DNA of 64,000 nt from Candidatus Microgenomates bacterium (GCA_016204995.1 JACQJR010000002.1:2557-66556); one strand, 5' to 3'; positions 1-9,512 are shown, numbered from the stretch's first letter. Made by a program: numbers and translations. Notes: generated by a model not told the origin, from the letters alone.

Positions 1-708
1 GGCTGGTTGAGGCGGATTAACCTTTAAACCATCTTGGCCATTAGCAACCTTCCATAAATAAATTCCCTGTTTACCCAGTAAAACTGCCAGATGATTTTTA
101 TCCATCTGTCCTAGTTGACCAATAGTATTAATACCTAAGTTATTTAAAAACACAGTTGTTTTACGGCCGCAACCAGGTAATTTAGCAAGTGGCAACGGAG
201 ATAGAAATTGACGCTCACTGCCAGCTGGAACTTCAGTTAAACCAGACGGCTTTTTAAAACCGGAGGCAATTTTGGTTACTGTTTTTTGGGCGGAAATTCC
301 TACCGAACAAGTGATACCGAGCTTTGCTACTACTTGGCGCTGAATGTTGCTGGCTATTTGCCAGGGAGTACCTAAATTTTCCGTACCGCTTAAATCTAAA
401 TATAGTTCGTCCAAAGACACTTGTTCAACGGTAGGGGAATATTGCGAGCAAATTTCCACAAATTTAAGTGAAGCTTCTTCGTATTTAGCAAAATTGACCG
501 GCAAAAAAATAGCCCCAGGACAAAGCCGACGAGCGCGAAAGATAGGCATCCCAGAATGAATACCATGGAGACGCGCTTCGTATGAGGCAGTAGAAACTAC
601 CCCCCGCAAGGTGTGACCGCCGACAATCACCGGTTTGCCACGAAAGTAAGGATGATCTCGCTGTTCAACGGACGCAAAAAAGGCATCTAAATCAACATGG
701 GCAATCAT
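1..708 (-). CDS. dinB: DNA polymerase IV (Y-family), 5' part; runs off window start
   Basis: Not in ORF track; manual translation from ATG at 708 gives MIAHVDLDAFFASVEQRDHPYFRGKPVIVGG...STASYEAR..G, later SLDELYLD, typical DinB motifs. Confidence 0.93.
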   Translation of the reverse strand, partial: MIAHVDLDAFFASVEQRDHPYFRGKPVIVGGHTLRGVVSTASYEARLHGIHSGMPIFRARRLCPGAIFLPVNFAKYEEASLKFVEICSQYSPTVEQVSLDELYLDLSGTENLGTPWQIASNIQRQVVAKLGITCSVGISAQKTVTKIASGFKKPSGLTEVPAGSERQFLSPLPLAKLPGCGRKTTVFLNNLGINTIGQLGQMDKNHLAVLLGKQGIYLWKVANGQDGLKVNPPQPA

Positions 709-747
709 CTCTCTTTTGTATACGAAAAAAAACCGAATAATGTCAAG

Positions 748-784
748 CCCCGATTAAACTCCGATTAAATCGGAGAAATCGAGG
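748..784. repeat. Nested short palindrome (CCGAT..ATCGG family)
   Basis: CCCCGATT-AAA-[CTCCGAT TAA ATCGGAG]-A-AATCGAGG; related TCCCGATAAAATCGGGA at 3880-3896. Confidence 0.6.
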
Positions 785-810
785 TTGCCCGCATCTGATA
801 AAATTATTCT

Positions 811-1833
811 ATGGGTAAAATCCTGCTCGTAGTGGGAACGCTACTTATTACTATCGGTGCCGCCTGGCTTCTCAAAACTCACAACACGCCTGCTGACATT
901 ATTTCTCCTTTATTACCTAAACCTACTCCCTTAATTCAATATACAATGGAAAATTTAAGAAGCCGGACATACAGCGGCAGTCAAATTGTCCTAGAAAAAG
1001 TGATTAAAAAGGAGCCAACTTTTACCTCTTATTTATTCTCTTTCACTAGTGAGGGTAAAAAGGTCACCGGCCAAGCTAACCTGCCTGCTGGCGCAGACAA
1101 GCCTGCGCAGGCAGGTCTACCAGCCGGTAAGGGACCATTTCCAGTTATTTTAATGAATAGAGGCTATGTGGATAAGGAGGTTTACTTTACCGGCGTAGGC
1201 ACTCGCAAAGCGGCGGGTGAATTTGCCAAAGCCGGTTTTATCACCCTGGCGCCTGATTTTTTGGGCTTTGGCGGATCCGATCCTTCCAGCAGCGACATTT
1301 TAGAAACCAGGTTTGAAAAACCAATTACGGTTATTAACCTATTTCAATCAATTGAAACTTTATCACAAGCAGATAAAGAAAACGTCTTTATGTGGGGACA
1401 TTCCAATGGCGGACAAGTCAGTCTGTTAACTTTAGAAATCTTGCAAAAGCCAATTCCGACAGTTTTATGGGCGCCGGTCACTCGTAGTTTTCCTGAATCG
1501 GTTCTGGATTATGTAGGTGAGCTAGACGACCAAGGCCGGATGGTGGTAGCTTCCATCAGCGCTTTTGTAGAAACTTATGATAAAGATAAATTTTCCGTTA
1601 CGCCATATTTGGCCGATATCACTGCTCCTTTTCAAATTAATCAAGGCACGGCTGATGTTTTGGTTAAAGAAGAATGGACGGCTGAATTTGTTAAACAGAT
1701 GAAAAACCTGGGTAAAGATATAACTTATTATGTTTATCCTAAAAATGACCACAATTTAAGCCGGGATTGGGACCTAGTCGTAGCCCGCAATATCCAGTTC
1801 TACAAAAAACACTTAAAGTTGTCTAACCCATAG
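811..1833 (+). CDS. Membrane-anchored alpha/beta hydrolase (S9 peptidase-like)
   Basis: N-terminal TM helix, GHSNG nucleophile elbow, QGTADVLV Asp, DHN His. Confidence 0.8.
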   Translation: MGKILLVVGTLLITIGAAWLLKTHNTPADIISPLLPKPTPLIQYTMENLRSRTYSGSQIVLEKVIKKEPTFTSYLFSFTSEGKKVTGQANLPAGADKPAQAGLPAGKGPFPVILMNRGYVDKEVYFTGVGTRKAAGEFAKAGFITLAPDFLGFGGSDPSSSDILETRFEKPITVINLFQSIETLSQADKENVFMWGHSNGGQVSLLTLEILQKPIPTVLWAPVTRSFPESVLDYVGELDDQGRMVVASISAFVETYDKDKFSVTPYLADITAPFQINQGTADVLVKEEWTAEFVKQMKNLGKDITYYVYPKNDHNLSRDWDLVVARNIQFYKKHLKLSNP

Positions 1834-1942
1834 TGAAGTGGTATAATAATAGCAAACTTGGCTGTGTTTAAAGTAAGCTTTTTTGCATGGTTTACTCCGA
1901 GCATAGCGAGGAGCACTTTGACATATCAGTTAGTGGAGAATC

Positions 1943-2013
1943 TTTCGTTTAGGCACAAGCTAAAGGCTGAGAAGAGCTATTTTTTTCATCCGCTAGCTTT
2001 TGCCTGGGCGGAG
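1943..2013 (+). promoter_or_regulatory. Long structured 5' leader hairpin
   Basis: TTTCGTTTAGGCACAAGCTA pairs with TAGCTTTTGCCTGGGCGGAG at 19/20 positions using G-U on + strand; inner TGAGAAGA/TTTTTTCA stem. Confidence 0.6.
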
Positions 2014-2048
2014 GTAAGAAAGTAAAAATTTAAGGGAGGACCATTGCG

Positions 2049-2465
2049 ATGACAACGCAGTCAGCAGTGAGCGAAAAAACTGCGCCTTGTCCCTGGAGAA
2101 ATGAAGAAGTGGCTTTCGTCGCTTCGGTTGATTTCTCCTTGATCAGAGATGCATGTCTACAAGACCTAGGGCCGGGAGAATTCCTAAGCTACCTTACTAG
2201 ACCACAACGTCTGCAAGGTCAATTATGGTGGCATTTGGAACGAAATCCCCAAAATTGCAAATTTGAAATGGTCAAACTGCTTGACAAGAGAATGGAAAAA
2301 GCAGACAAATGTTTGAAATTTCAGAAACTCCTGGCAGGAGGTCTCAGCGTTATGGACGAAATACATCTGAAAAGATGTCCCTTCTGTCAAAGAGATCTGC
2401 GACAGATCAAGGCTAAGCTACCTTACTACGCCGAGTTCTACGAGGAGCACTCACGACCTAGCTAG
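2049..2465 (+). CDS. Hypothetical Cys/His-rich protein, possible zinc-binding HxxxCxxC motif
   Basis: GGGAGG RBS; HLKRCPFC motif. Confidence 0.6.
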   Translation: MTTQSAVSEKTAPCPWRNEEVAFVASVDFSLIRDACLQDLGPGEFLSYLTRPQRLQGQLWWHLERNPQNCKFEMVKLLDKRMEKADKCLKFQKLLAGGLSVMDEIHLKRCPFCQRDLRQIKAKLPYYAEFYEEHSRPS

Positions 2466-2472
2466 CTGAAAC

Positions 2473-2496
2473 AGGGAGACCGCCCTCTCCCTTTTT
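2473..2496 (+). terminator. Intrinsic terminator-like hairpin between the two orphan genes
   Basis: AGGGAGA-CCGCCC-TCTCCCT followed by T run. Confidence 0.55.
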
Positions 2497-2526
2497 CTAT
2501 CTAGAAGATTTTATAAGGAGAAAAAG

Positions 2527-2775
2527 ATGAATGACAATCAGGTAACGATAGAAACAGAGTGTAAAGATTGCGGAGCCACTGGGGTCTATCATGGATATGC
2601 GGAACCAGAAGGAGTCGGAGTCATTTGTTACAAGTGCGATGGCACAGGTAAGATAGATTTGACGTACATTCCCTTCACTGGTCGCAAAAAGAGAAGTGAC
2701 ATTCGCAACGTCATCAGGCATTCTCCTAATGAGGTTACCTACGAAGAGTTCCTAAGGGGTAGAATGCCTTCTTAA
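2527..2775 (+). CDS. Small zinc-finger protein (DnaJ-type CxxCxGxG repeats)
   Basis: AGGAG RBS; CKDCGATG and CYKCDGTG. Confidence 0.7.
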   Translation: MNDNQVTIETECKDCGATGVYHGYAEPEGVGVICYKCDGTGKIDLTYIPFTGRKKRSDIRNVIRHSPNEVTYEEFLRGRMPS

Positions 2776-2806
2776 AACAAAATATCCACAACTGAATAAT
2801 GTTCTC

Positions 2807-2886
2807 AAAGGCACCTAAAGGTGATATATAAATTTGTCGCTTAAACGCGATTTAAATTTTTTATATACCCCAAGGTGCCTTTTTTC
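2807..2886 (+). terminator. Long inverted repeat / terminator
   Basis: AAAGGCACCT...AGGTGCCTTT closing an AT-rich stem, followed by T run. Confidence 0.55.
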
Positions 2887-2923
2887 TTGCCTAAAATTAG
2901 CCAAATATAGTCTAAATCCCTAT

Positions 2924-2968
2924 GTGTCCTATCTAGTCCACCTCTAAGGTGATTTACTATTGACACCT
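2924..2968. repeat. 45-bp REP-like unit, left of transposase
   Basis: 38/45 identical to 3690-3734; contains CACCT-CTA-AGGTG hairpin. Confidence 0.8.
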
Positions 2969-2998
2969 TATTAAATATACAGTTAAAGTATAATAAGC

Positions 2999-3673
2999 AT
3001 GCCCGGAAGAGAGACTGTTTTAGCCAATAATCAAATCTACCATATAGTCAATAGGGGCATAGCCCACCAACCACTTTTTTTAACCAAAAGAGATTATAGA
3101 AGAGCTATAGATGCGTTATTTTATTACCAAAATAGTAATCCCCCTATTAGATATTCAAAATTTCTGACTTTATCGCGTTCCAGGAGAGAAGAATTATTAA
3201 AATTATCTCAAAGAAGACAAAATTTCCTAGGTGAAATAATTTGTTATTGCCTTATGCCAAATCATTTCCACTTTTTAGTTAGACAGTTAAAAAATAATGG
3301 CATATCTACTTTAATTAGTAATTTCAGTAATAGCTACACTAAATATTTCAATACCAAAAATAGGCGTAGGGGTCCGATCCTGGAAGGTAAGTTTAAGGCT
3401 ATCAGAATTGAAACCGATGAACAGCTCTTACATGTATCTCGGTATATACATTTAAACCCTTATACGGGATACGTCGTTAAAAATCTTAATGAATTAGAAA
3501 ACTATCCTTATTCTTCATTTTCGGAATATTTAGGTAAGACGCAACTTGAATTATGTAGTAAAAATATTATCCTTACCCAATTCAAAAATCCCTTTCTCTA
3601 TAAAAAATTCGTGTTTGATAATGCAAATTATCAAAGAGAGCTAGATAAGATTAAACACTTATTACTAGAATAA
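2999..3673 (+). mobile_element. HUH/Y1 tyrosine transposase (REP-associated, RAYT-like / IS200 superfamily)
   Basis: YHIVNRG, YCLMPNHFHFL (HUH), YIHLNP, YPYSS motifs. Confidence 0.88.
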
Positions 3674-3689
3674 AATCGTAAATGCCAAG

Positions 3690-3734
3690 GTGTCCTAGCT
3701 TAATCATCTCTAAGGTGTTTTACTATTGACACCT
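3690..3734. repeat. 45-bp REP-like unit, right of transposase
   Basis: Direct repeat of 2924-2968. Confidence 0.8.
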
Positions 3735-3796
3735 GTTTCCAAAATATTTAAAAAGAGTCTTGACAAAATTTGATAATCGCGATTAAATGGAAAGTA

Positions 3797-3879
3797 GATA
3801 TCAAGAGAGCGGCGAGAGAGATGACTCTATGACCCGCCAGCAACCCGAGCGCCGGGTGCTAAATTCATAAAAAGATAGG
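3797..3879 (+). promoter_or_regulatory. SAM-I riboswitch
   Basis: TATCAAGAG..GGCG-AGAGA..GACCCGCC-AGCAACC..GGTGCTAAATTC..AAAGATA directly upstream of metK; TTGACA at 3760. Confidence 0.85.
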
Positions 3880-3902
3880 TCCCGATAAAATCGGGAAAGA
3901 AT

Positions 3903-5009
3903 ATGAATTACACAATTTTTACTTCAGAATCGGTCTGTTCAGGCCACCCCGATAAAATCTGCGACCAAATTTCCGATAGCATTGTGGACGCGGCTCTCGC
4001 GACTGATCCCAAAAGCCGCGTAGCCGTAGAAACTTTAGTCACCACCAATAAAGTAGTTTTGGCCGGCGAAGTAACTTGTGCCCAAAAACTGCCTTACCAA
4101 AAAATTGCCCGCGAGGTGATTTACAAACTCGGCTACACCGATCATATTTTTAATTTTTCTCATAATTCACCGATTAGTGTTTTTATTCATGAGCAGTCAC
4201 CGGATATCGCAACAGGCGTGGATGATGGCGGAGCAGGCGACCAGGGGATGATGTTTGGCTATGCCGCAAGCGAAACCACCGAACTGATGCCTTTACCCAT
4301 TACCATTTGCCATCAACTGGCTCAAAAAATAGACGAACTGCGAGAAACTAAAAAATTGCCATATCTTTATCCGGACGGCAAAACTGAAGTTAAAGTCACT
4401 TATAAAAATGGCCAGCCGGTGTCAGTGGATAAAGTAATCCTAGCCGCACCTCATGCCAGAAAAGTCAGCCGAGAACAAGTTTTAGATGATCTCTACAAGT
4501 ATGCTGTCAAACCAGTCTTATCTTCCCTAGGCTTTAAAATTGCCAAAAAACAGGTAGTGTTAAATGGCACCGGCGTCTGGCATCAGGGCGGACCAGCGGC
4601 TGATACCGGCGTCACCGGCCGAAAAATTATTGTAGATACTTATGGCGGCATGTCCCGTCACGGCGGCGGAGCTTTTTCCGGCAAAGACCCGACTAAAGTG
4701 GATAGAAGCGGGGCTTATGCGGCCAGATTTTTAGCTAAAAATATTGTGGCGGCAAAACTTGCCAAACGCTGTGAAGTCCAAATTGCCTATGTGATTGGCG
4801 AGCGCCAGCCCATTTCCGTAGACATAGAAACTTTTGGCACCGGCAAAAGGCCCAATTTATATATTAGAAGCTTTGCCAAAAAATTATTGGATCTATCAGT
4901 TCCCGGCATCATTTCCGGCTTAAACTTGCGCCAACCGATCTATTCCAAAGCCGCCGCTTATGGCCATTTCGGCCGTCCCGACTTCCCCTGGGAAAAAATT
5001 GTGGTATAA
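3903..5009 (+). CDS. metK: S-adenosylmethionine synthetase
   Basis: FTSESV..GHPDK, GAGDQG, GGGAFSGKDPTKVDRS. Confidence 0.98.
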   Translation: MNYTIFTSESVCSGHPDKICDQISDSIVDAALATDPKSRVAVETLVTTNKVVLAGEVTCAQKLPYQKIAREVIYKLGYTDHIFNFSHNSPISVFIHEQSPDIATGVDDGGAGDQGMMFGYAASETTELMPLPITICHQLAQKIDELRETKKLPYLYPDGKTEVKVTYKNGQPVSVDKVILAAPHARKVSREQVLDDLYKYAVKPVLSSLGFKIAKKQVVLNGTGVWHQGGPAADTGVTGRKIIVDTYGGMSRHGGGAFSGKDPTKVDRSGAYAARFLAKNIVAAKLAKRCEVQIAYVIGERQPISVDIETFGTGKRPNLYIRSFAKKLLDLSVPGIISGLNLRQPIYSKAAAYGHFGRPDFPWEKIVV

Positions 5010-5028
5010 AATGTAACTGGCTGCCATC

Positions 5029-6150
5029 ATGAAGACGGGAATTGCTACTTTTGGCTTGGATTATGGGAAGTGTCCGCCCTGGTTATTTGAGCGGATGAAG
5101 CGGCTGGGCAGGCTGATTACTGAAGCCATTGTTTTAGAGTATGGCAATAATGAATTTGTCCGCCGGATGTCCGACCCCTTTTTCTTCCAATCTTTCGGCA
5201 CAGTTCTGGCTTTTGACTGGGATGCTTCTGGTTTAACTACCACTACCACTGGTGCTTTAAAAGAAGCTTTGCGGGGAACAGAACGAAGTTTAGGAATTTT
5301 TGTAGCTGGCGGCAAAGGCAAAACTTCTATGAAAACGCCGGATGATATAACGCGTTTTGCCCAGTGGCACAGTTTTAATCCCACCCCTTTAGTTTATGCT
5401 TCCAAAATGGCTGCTAAAGTAGATAATACAGCCGTCCAAGATGGATTTACCCTCTATCATCATTCCTTTGTCTTCACCCTTCGACAGGGCTCAGGGCAGG
5501 CTAAAGAAGGAATATGGACTGTTATTCAGCAGGGAATGAATACGGAAAAGGGAAGGGCCAGAAGATATCATTGGTTATCTGAAAAAGTGGCAGATTTCGT
5601 GGAAGAACCACACGCCGGAATTAAGGATTCCGGAATGTCCAATGTCAAATTTCCAATTTCCAATGAAAAGACATTAAATTTAGTTGCCAAGAAAAGCAGG
5701 AAAACCAGAGATACCAGCGCCAAACTTGTTAACAGTGATTTCCCGAATCTAGTGAAAGACGGCATTAAGGCTTTAGATTATATTAATTTCAAGTTTGACC
5801 GTAAAAGGCTTGAAAAATCAGTTCAATTTGCCCACGATCAGAAACCTGCAAATTTTGAAAAGCTTTTGGGAATTAAAGGCATCGGGCCAAAAACTATCCG
5901 TGCCCTCTCGCTCATTTCAGAAATTATTTATGGCGCCAAACCTTCTTATGCCGATCCGGCCCGTTATTCTTATGCCCATGGCGGCAAAGATGCTATTCCT
6001 TATCCGGTTGATAAAAAGACTTATGATACTTCAATTTCTGTCCTGGAACGGGCTGTCAAAAAAGCCCGCCTAGGTTATTACGAAAGACTAAAAGCTCTCA
6101 AAAAATTACAAAATTATTCGGGGCTTGACAACAGTAAACGCCAAGAATAA
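5029..6150 (+). CDS. DUF763-family protein (HhH motif), with two repeat-derived insertions
   Basis: SDPFFFQSFG..DW..SG.TT, GGKG, KVDN..VQDG, GIGPKT.RAL, DPARYSYAHGGKD. Confidence 0.85.
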   Translation: MKTGIATFGLDYGKCPPWLFERMKRLGRLITEAIVLEYGNNEFVRRMSDPFFFQSFGTVLAFDWDASGLTTTTTGALKEALRGTERSLGIFVAGGKGKTSMKTPDDITRFAQWHSFNPTPLVYASKMAAKVDNTAVQDGFTLYHHSFVFTLRQGSGQAKEGIWTVIQQGMNTEKGRARRYHWLSEKVADFVEEPHAGIKDSGMSNVKFPISNEKTLNLVAKKSRKTRDTSAKLVNSDFPNLVKDGIKALDYINFKFDRKRLEKSVQFAHDQKPANFEKLLGIKGIGPKTIRALSLISEIIYGAKPSYADPARYSYAHGGKDAIPYPVDKKTYDTSISVLERAVKKARLGYYERLKALKKLQNYSGLDNSKRQE

Positions 6151-6169
6151 CCTAAAGTTAATTCAACTC

Positions 6170-7333
6170 ATGGTTGTAGAAACAAGACAGCTGGACCGTC
6201 TGACTTCCCCAGGGAGACAACTCTCCATTTCCGACTTACCAGAAATAGTTGAGCAACTTTCCCCCGAAGAAAAAGAGCGCTTTAATATCCAATATGAAGC
6301 CAGAACCACCATCGGGCATTTAACTTTCCCGGAACAGATGAAAGCTAAACTTCCCCAACTATTAGGCCCCGACGTTAGTCTGGAAGAGGCCTCAAATCAA
6401 CTCCTCACCTTTATTCAAGACCGTTTCATCAAAGAAGAAGCTGTCTATAATCTTTTAAGATCACGTCGACCGCGCACCACTACCACCGAAAGTCTCTTTA
6501 AAAAGGCGATTGTTGAAAAAAAAGATGATTGTTCGTTCTGCGATCCGGAAAATAGCACTCCGGTTAATGGTTCGGCACGGATTAGAAAGGGAAAGGTCAT
6601 CTCCTCCGGCAATCTCACACCTTTTGCTGATTACCACGAACTTTTAATATTTAATCATGATCCCTATGAAATTGAATGGGAAACTTTTAGTGATATTATG
6701 GACTGCGCTATAGAAATGATTAATTATCAGTATCTAAAAGATCCCACCATAAAAAATTTTGAGCTGATTATGAATTTTGGCTTCAAAGCCGGCGCCTCTA
6801 TTCCCCATGGTCATGCTCAAGTATTGGGATTCAGGGGTAGTATGCATCGCTTCATAGTTGAGCACTATAATGCCATGGCTAATATTTACAAATCTGTCTA
6901 CCAGCAGGATTTTTGGGAAGATAAATTTAAGATACATCAGTCTTTGGGATTAGGATGGAATACGGGAGAAGATGTTTGGACTCTAGCGACCTTAACTCCT
7001 AAAAAAAATAGGGGGTTGACTATTTTTGATAACATCTCTAACAGATTTGGGGTTTCTACAGAGTTTAAAAATACTTTCTATCAATCATTAAGATTTATGT
7101 TTGACGAAGAAGCCGTAGAAGAATTTAATTTTGCTCTTCTCTTTCCACCTTTTGGACGTAATGATGACTATTGGAAAAATAGTCGTAATTTTGTTATTTT
7201 TGTAGATCGGGGTAGTTCTCGTACTCCTACTAATGATATGGGGGCGATGGAAGCGATCACCGGACTGGTAGTAGTAGAGCAGGATCCATTTCGCTGGGGA
7301 ACAAAATTAGGTAAATATCTCCAAGCGGCTTAA
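6170..7333 (+). CDS. GalT/HIT-superfamily nucleotidyltransferase-like protein
   Basis: CSFC, N.G.KAGASIPHGHAQ motif; ATG at 6170 preferred over track start. Confidence 0.7.
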   Translation: MVVETRQLDRLTSPGRQLSISDLPEIVEQLSPEEKERFNIQYEARTTIGHLTFPEQMKAKLPQLLGPDVSLEEASNQLLTFIQDRFIKEEAVYNLLRSRRPRTTTTESLFKKAIVEKKDDCSFCDPENSTPVNGSARIRKGKVISSGNLTPFADYHELLIFNHDPYEIEWETFSDIMDCAIEMINYQYLKDPTIKNFELIMNFGFKAGASIPHGHAQVLGFRGSMHRFIVEHYNAMANIYKSVYQQDFWEDKFKIHQSLGLGWNTGEDVWTLATLTPKKNRGLTIFDNISNRFGVSTEFKNTFYQSLRFMFDEEAVEEFNFALLFPPFGRNDDYWKNSRNFVIFVDRGSSRTPTNDMGAMEAITGLVVVEQDPFRWGTKLGKYLQAA

Positions 7334-7344
7334 TTTAACACACT

Positions 7345-8394
7345 ATGGTAACAGAAAAAATAATAGCTCGCGAAACATTTATTGATAGAATTTATGGCGA
7401 AATGGAAATTACTGATCCTTTAGCCTTGGAAATCATTGAATCACCCACCCTACAAAGATTAAAACATATTCAACAAATGGGCACTTATAATCGAGCCCTA
7501 CCGCATATTAATACCACTCGTTTTGAACACTCGCTAGGTGTTTATTATCTATTGGGCCGCTTTGGAGCAAGTCGCGAAGAACAAATTGCCGGCCTATTGC
7601 ATGATGTATCACATACAGTTTTTTCTCATGTGATGGACCATATGATTGGGGATCAGCTGGAACAAAATCACCAAGATAATATCCAACATGATTTTATATT
7701 AAATTCTGAAATTCCTCGCATAATAAGACGCCACCATGTTGATCATGAAGTAATCTTGGATGATGAGTCTTATAAATTGCTGGACCAAAAATTACCTGAT
7801 TTATGCGCCGATCGTCTGGATTATGGAATCCGCGATAGTGTGGTTTGTGGGGTAACCAACCCTGACCAAACAGCCAAATTCTTAGACCATTTACATTTTA
7901 TTGATGGAAAATGGGTCTTTGATGATGTGGATGTGGCCCGTGATTACACTGAAATGAGTATGAAAATGGCAGAAAGGTGGTGGGCTCCTGCCTGGGGAGT
8001 CTTACAATTTAAAATTATGTCAGAAGCCCTACGTTTGGGACTAGACAGCAGAATAATTACTTATTTTGATTTATTTTCTACCGATGATGAAGTCTGGAAT
8101 AAATTACAAGATTCGGGTCATGAAAAAATTGGCCAATACTTGGCTTGGATTACTAATATCCACGACATTCTCTTTGAGATCTGCGAAGAGGAGGGGGCTG
8201 ACTTTACCTTACAGTCTAAATATCGCGGAGTTGACCCCTTAGTAGATTTAAACCATCACGATCATACTGTTATAGATATGTATAAACATCATTTTGTGGC
8301 TAGAATTTCTCAACTTTTCCCTGACTTCAAAATTAAAACGGAAAGGCTCCGTCAAGCCATTGAAACACCTCACTATGTTCGCATTATTGCCTAA
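7345..8394 (+). CDS. HD-domain phosphohydrolase (dNTPase/SAMHD1-like)
   Basis: LQRL..I.Q.G, TRFEHSLG, LLHDVSH..FSH, ADRLDY. Confidence 0.85.
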   Translation: MVTEKIIARETFIDRIYGEMEITDPLALEIIESPTLQRLKHIQQMGTYNRALPHINTTRFEHSLGVYYLLGRFGASREEQIAGLLHDVSHTVFSHVMDHMIGDQLEQNHQDNIQHDFILNSEIPRIIRRHHVDHEVILDDESYKLLDQKLPDLCADRLDYGIRDSVVCGVTNPDQTAKFLDHLHFIDGKWVFDDVDVARDYTEMSMKMAERWWAPAWGVLQFKIMSEALRLGLDSRIITYFDLFSTDDEVWNKLQDSGHEKIGQYLAWITNIHDILFEICEEEGADFTLQSKYRGVDPLVDLNHHDHTVIDMYKHHFVARISQLFPDFKIKTERLRQAIETPHYVRIIA

Positions 8395-9512
8395 ACCGTT
8401 GTTTTATTGGAGAAACGACTACCCACCAAATCATTAATAGATTTAATGCCCCGTTTATTCATATGCGCTACCAGCTCCCGATTAATTTTACCGGGTAAAG
8501 CCGGACCTTCACCCACAAGGCCTGTCACAATCTGTATCACTTTAGCCCCTGATTTGATTTTCTCTAAAGCCGTGACTGCATCTTTGACTCCTCCCACCCC
8601 GATTATTTCTATCTGGCCTTTTGTTTCTCGCCAAATATGGGAAATTTTGGTCGTGGCCATTTCGCGAAAATCCGGATCGTCGCCGGACAAACCGCCTTCG
8701 CGATTTCTCCACTTGTTGCCATACTTGGCTTTAATACGGACGTCAATAGTAGTGTTGGTGGCCACAATGCCGCTTAAATTATGGTCTGCTACCACTCTAA
8801 TCACATCGTTAGCTGCTTCTTCTGTTAAATCTGGCGCGATTTTGACAAAAAGCGGCTTTGGCCCGCCCAACTCTATCATCTTAGAATTGACCGCCTGAAC
8901 AATATCGGTCAAGGGCTCTCTATCCTGCAGTCTACGCAAACCAGGCGTATTAGGAGAAGAAACATTAATCACAAAATAATCGGCATATTGATATAAAACT
9001 CCCGCCACCACTGCATATTCGGCCGGTGCCTGGCGATCAGGCGTATTTCTATTTTTGCCGATATTAACCCCTATCGGGATGCCGTTATTTTCATACTTTG
9101 CCAAATTGGCCGCCACCTGTTTAACTCCCGGGCTATTAAAACCCAAATGATTAAGCGCGACTCCTGGCCCAATTATAAATTGACGAGGCTTGGGATTACC
9201 AGGCTGCTGAAAAGCTAAAACTGAACCTACCTCCACGCCGGAAAAACCTAAAGTGTATAAACTTTTAACTGCCCGGCCGGCCTTATCCCAACCGGCTCCT
9301 ACCATGAGAGGATTGTCAAAACTGACTCCACCCAAAACAATGTGTAATTTTTCGTGGGTATACCGGCGATGATGATAGGCCAGCAACAACTCTAAGACTT
9401 TTAGGGTAAAAGATGATTTTTCGGCCAAATGCAGAGTTTCCCGGGCATAGTCATGCCAGGTTTCTGAATCCAGTCTGATTAGTAACGGTCGGATAATTTC
9501 CTGATAAGTCAA
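8391..9512 (-). CDS. pyrD: Dihydroorotate dehydrogenase (class 2, quinone-type)
   Basis: AGWDK, QPGNPKPR, NVSSPNTPGLR, KIAPDL, GGLSG. Confidence 0.95.
   Translation of the reverse strand: MTYQEIIRPLLIRLDSETWHDYARETLHLAEKSSFTLKVLELLLAYHHRRYTHEKLHIVLGGVSFDNPLMVGAGWDKAGRAVKSLYTLGFSGVEVGSVLAFQQPGNPKPRQFIIGPGVALNHLGFNSPGVKQVAANLAKYENNGIPIGVNIGKNRNTPDRQAPAEYAVVAGVLYQYADYFVINVSSPNTPGLRRLQDREPLTDIVQAVNSKMIELGGPKPLFVKIAPDLTEEAANDVIRVVADHNLSGIVATNTTIDVRIKAKYGNKWRNREGGLSGDDPDFREMATTKISHIWRETKGQIEIIGVGGVKDAVTALEKIKSGAKVIQIVTGLVGEGPALPGKINRELVAHMNKRGIKSINDLVGSRFSNKTTV

Noticed and set aside
344..559. 71-aa + strand ORF, and the many other short antisense ORFs in the track
   Set aside because: Shadows of well-supported genes on the opposite strand (here dinB)
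710..745. LexA/SOS box upstream of dinB
   Set aside because: No convincing palindrome matching a known SOS box
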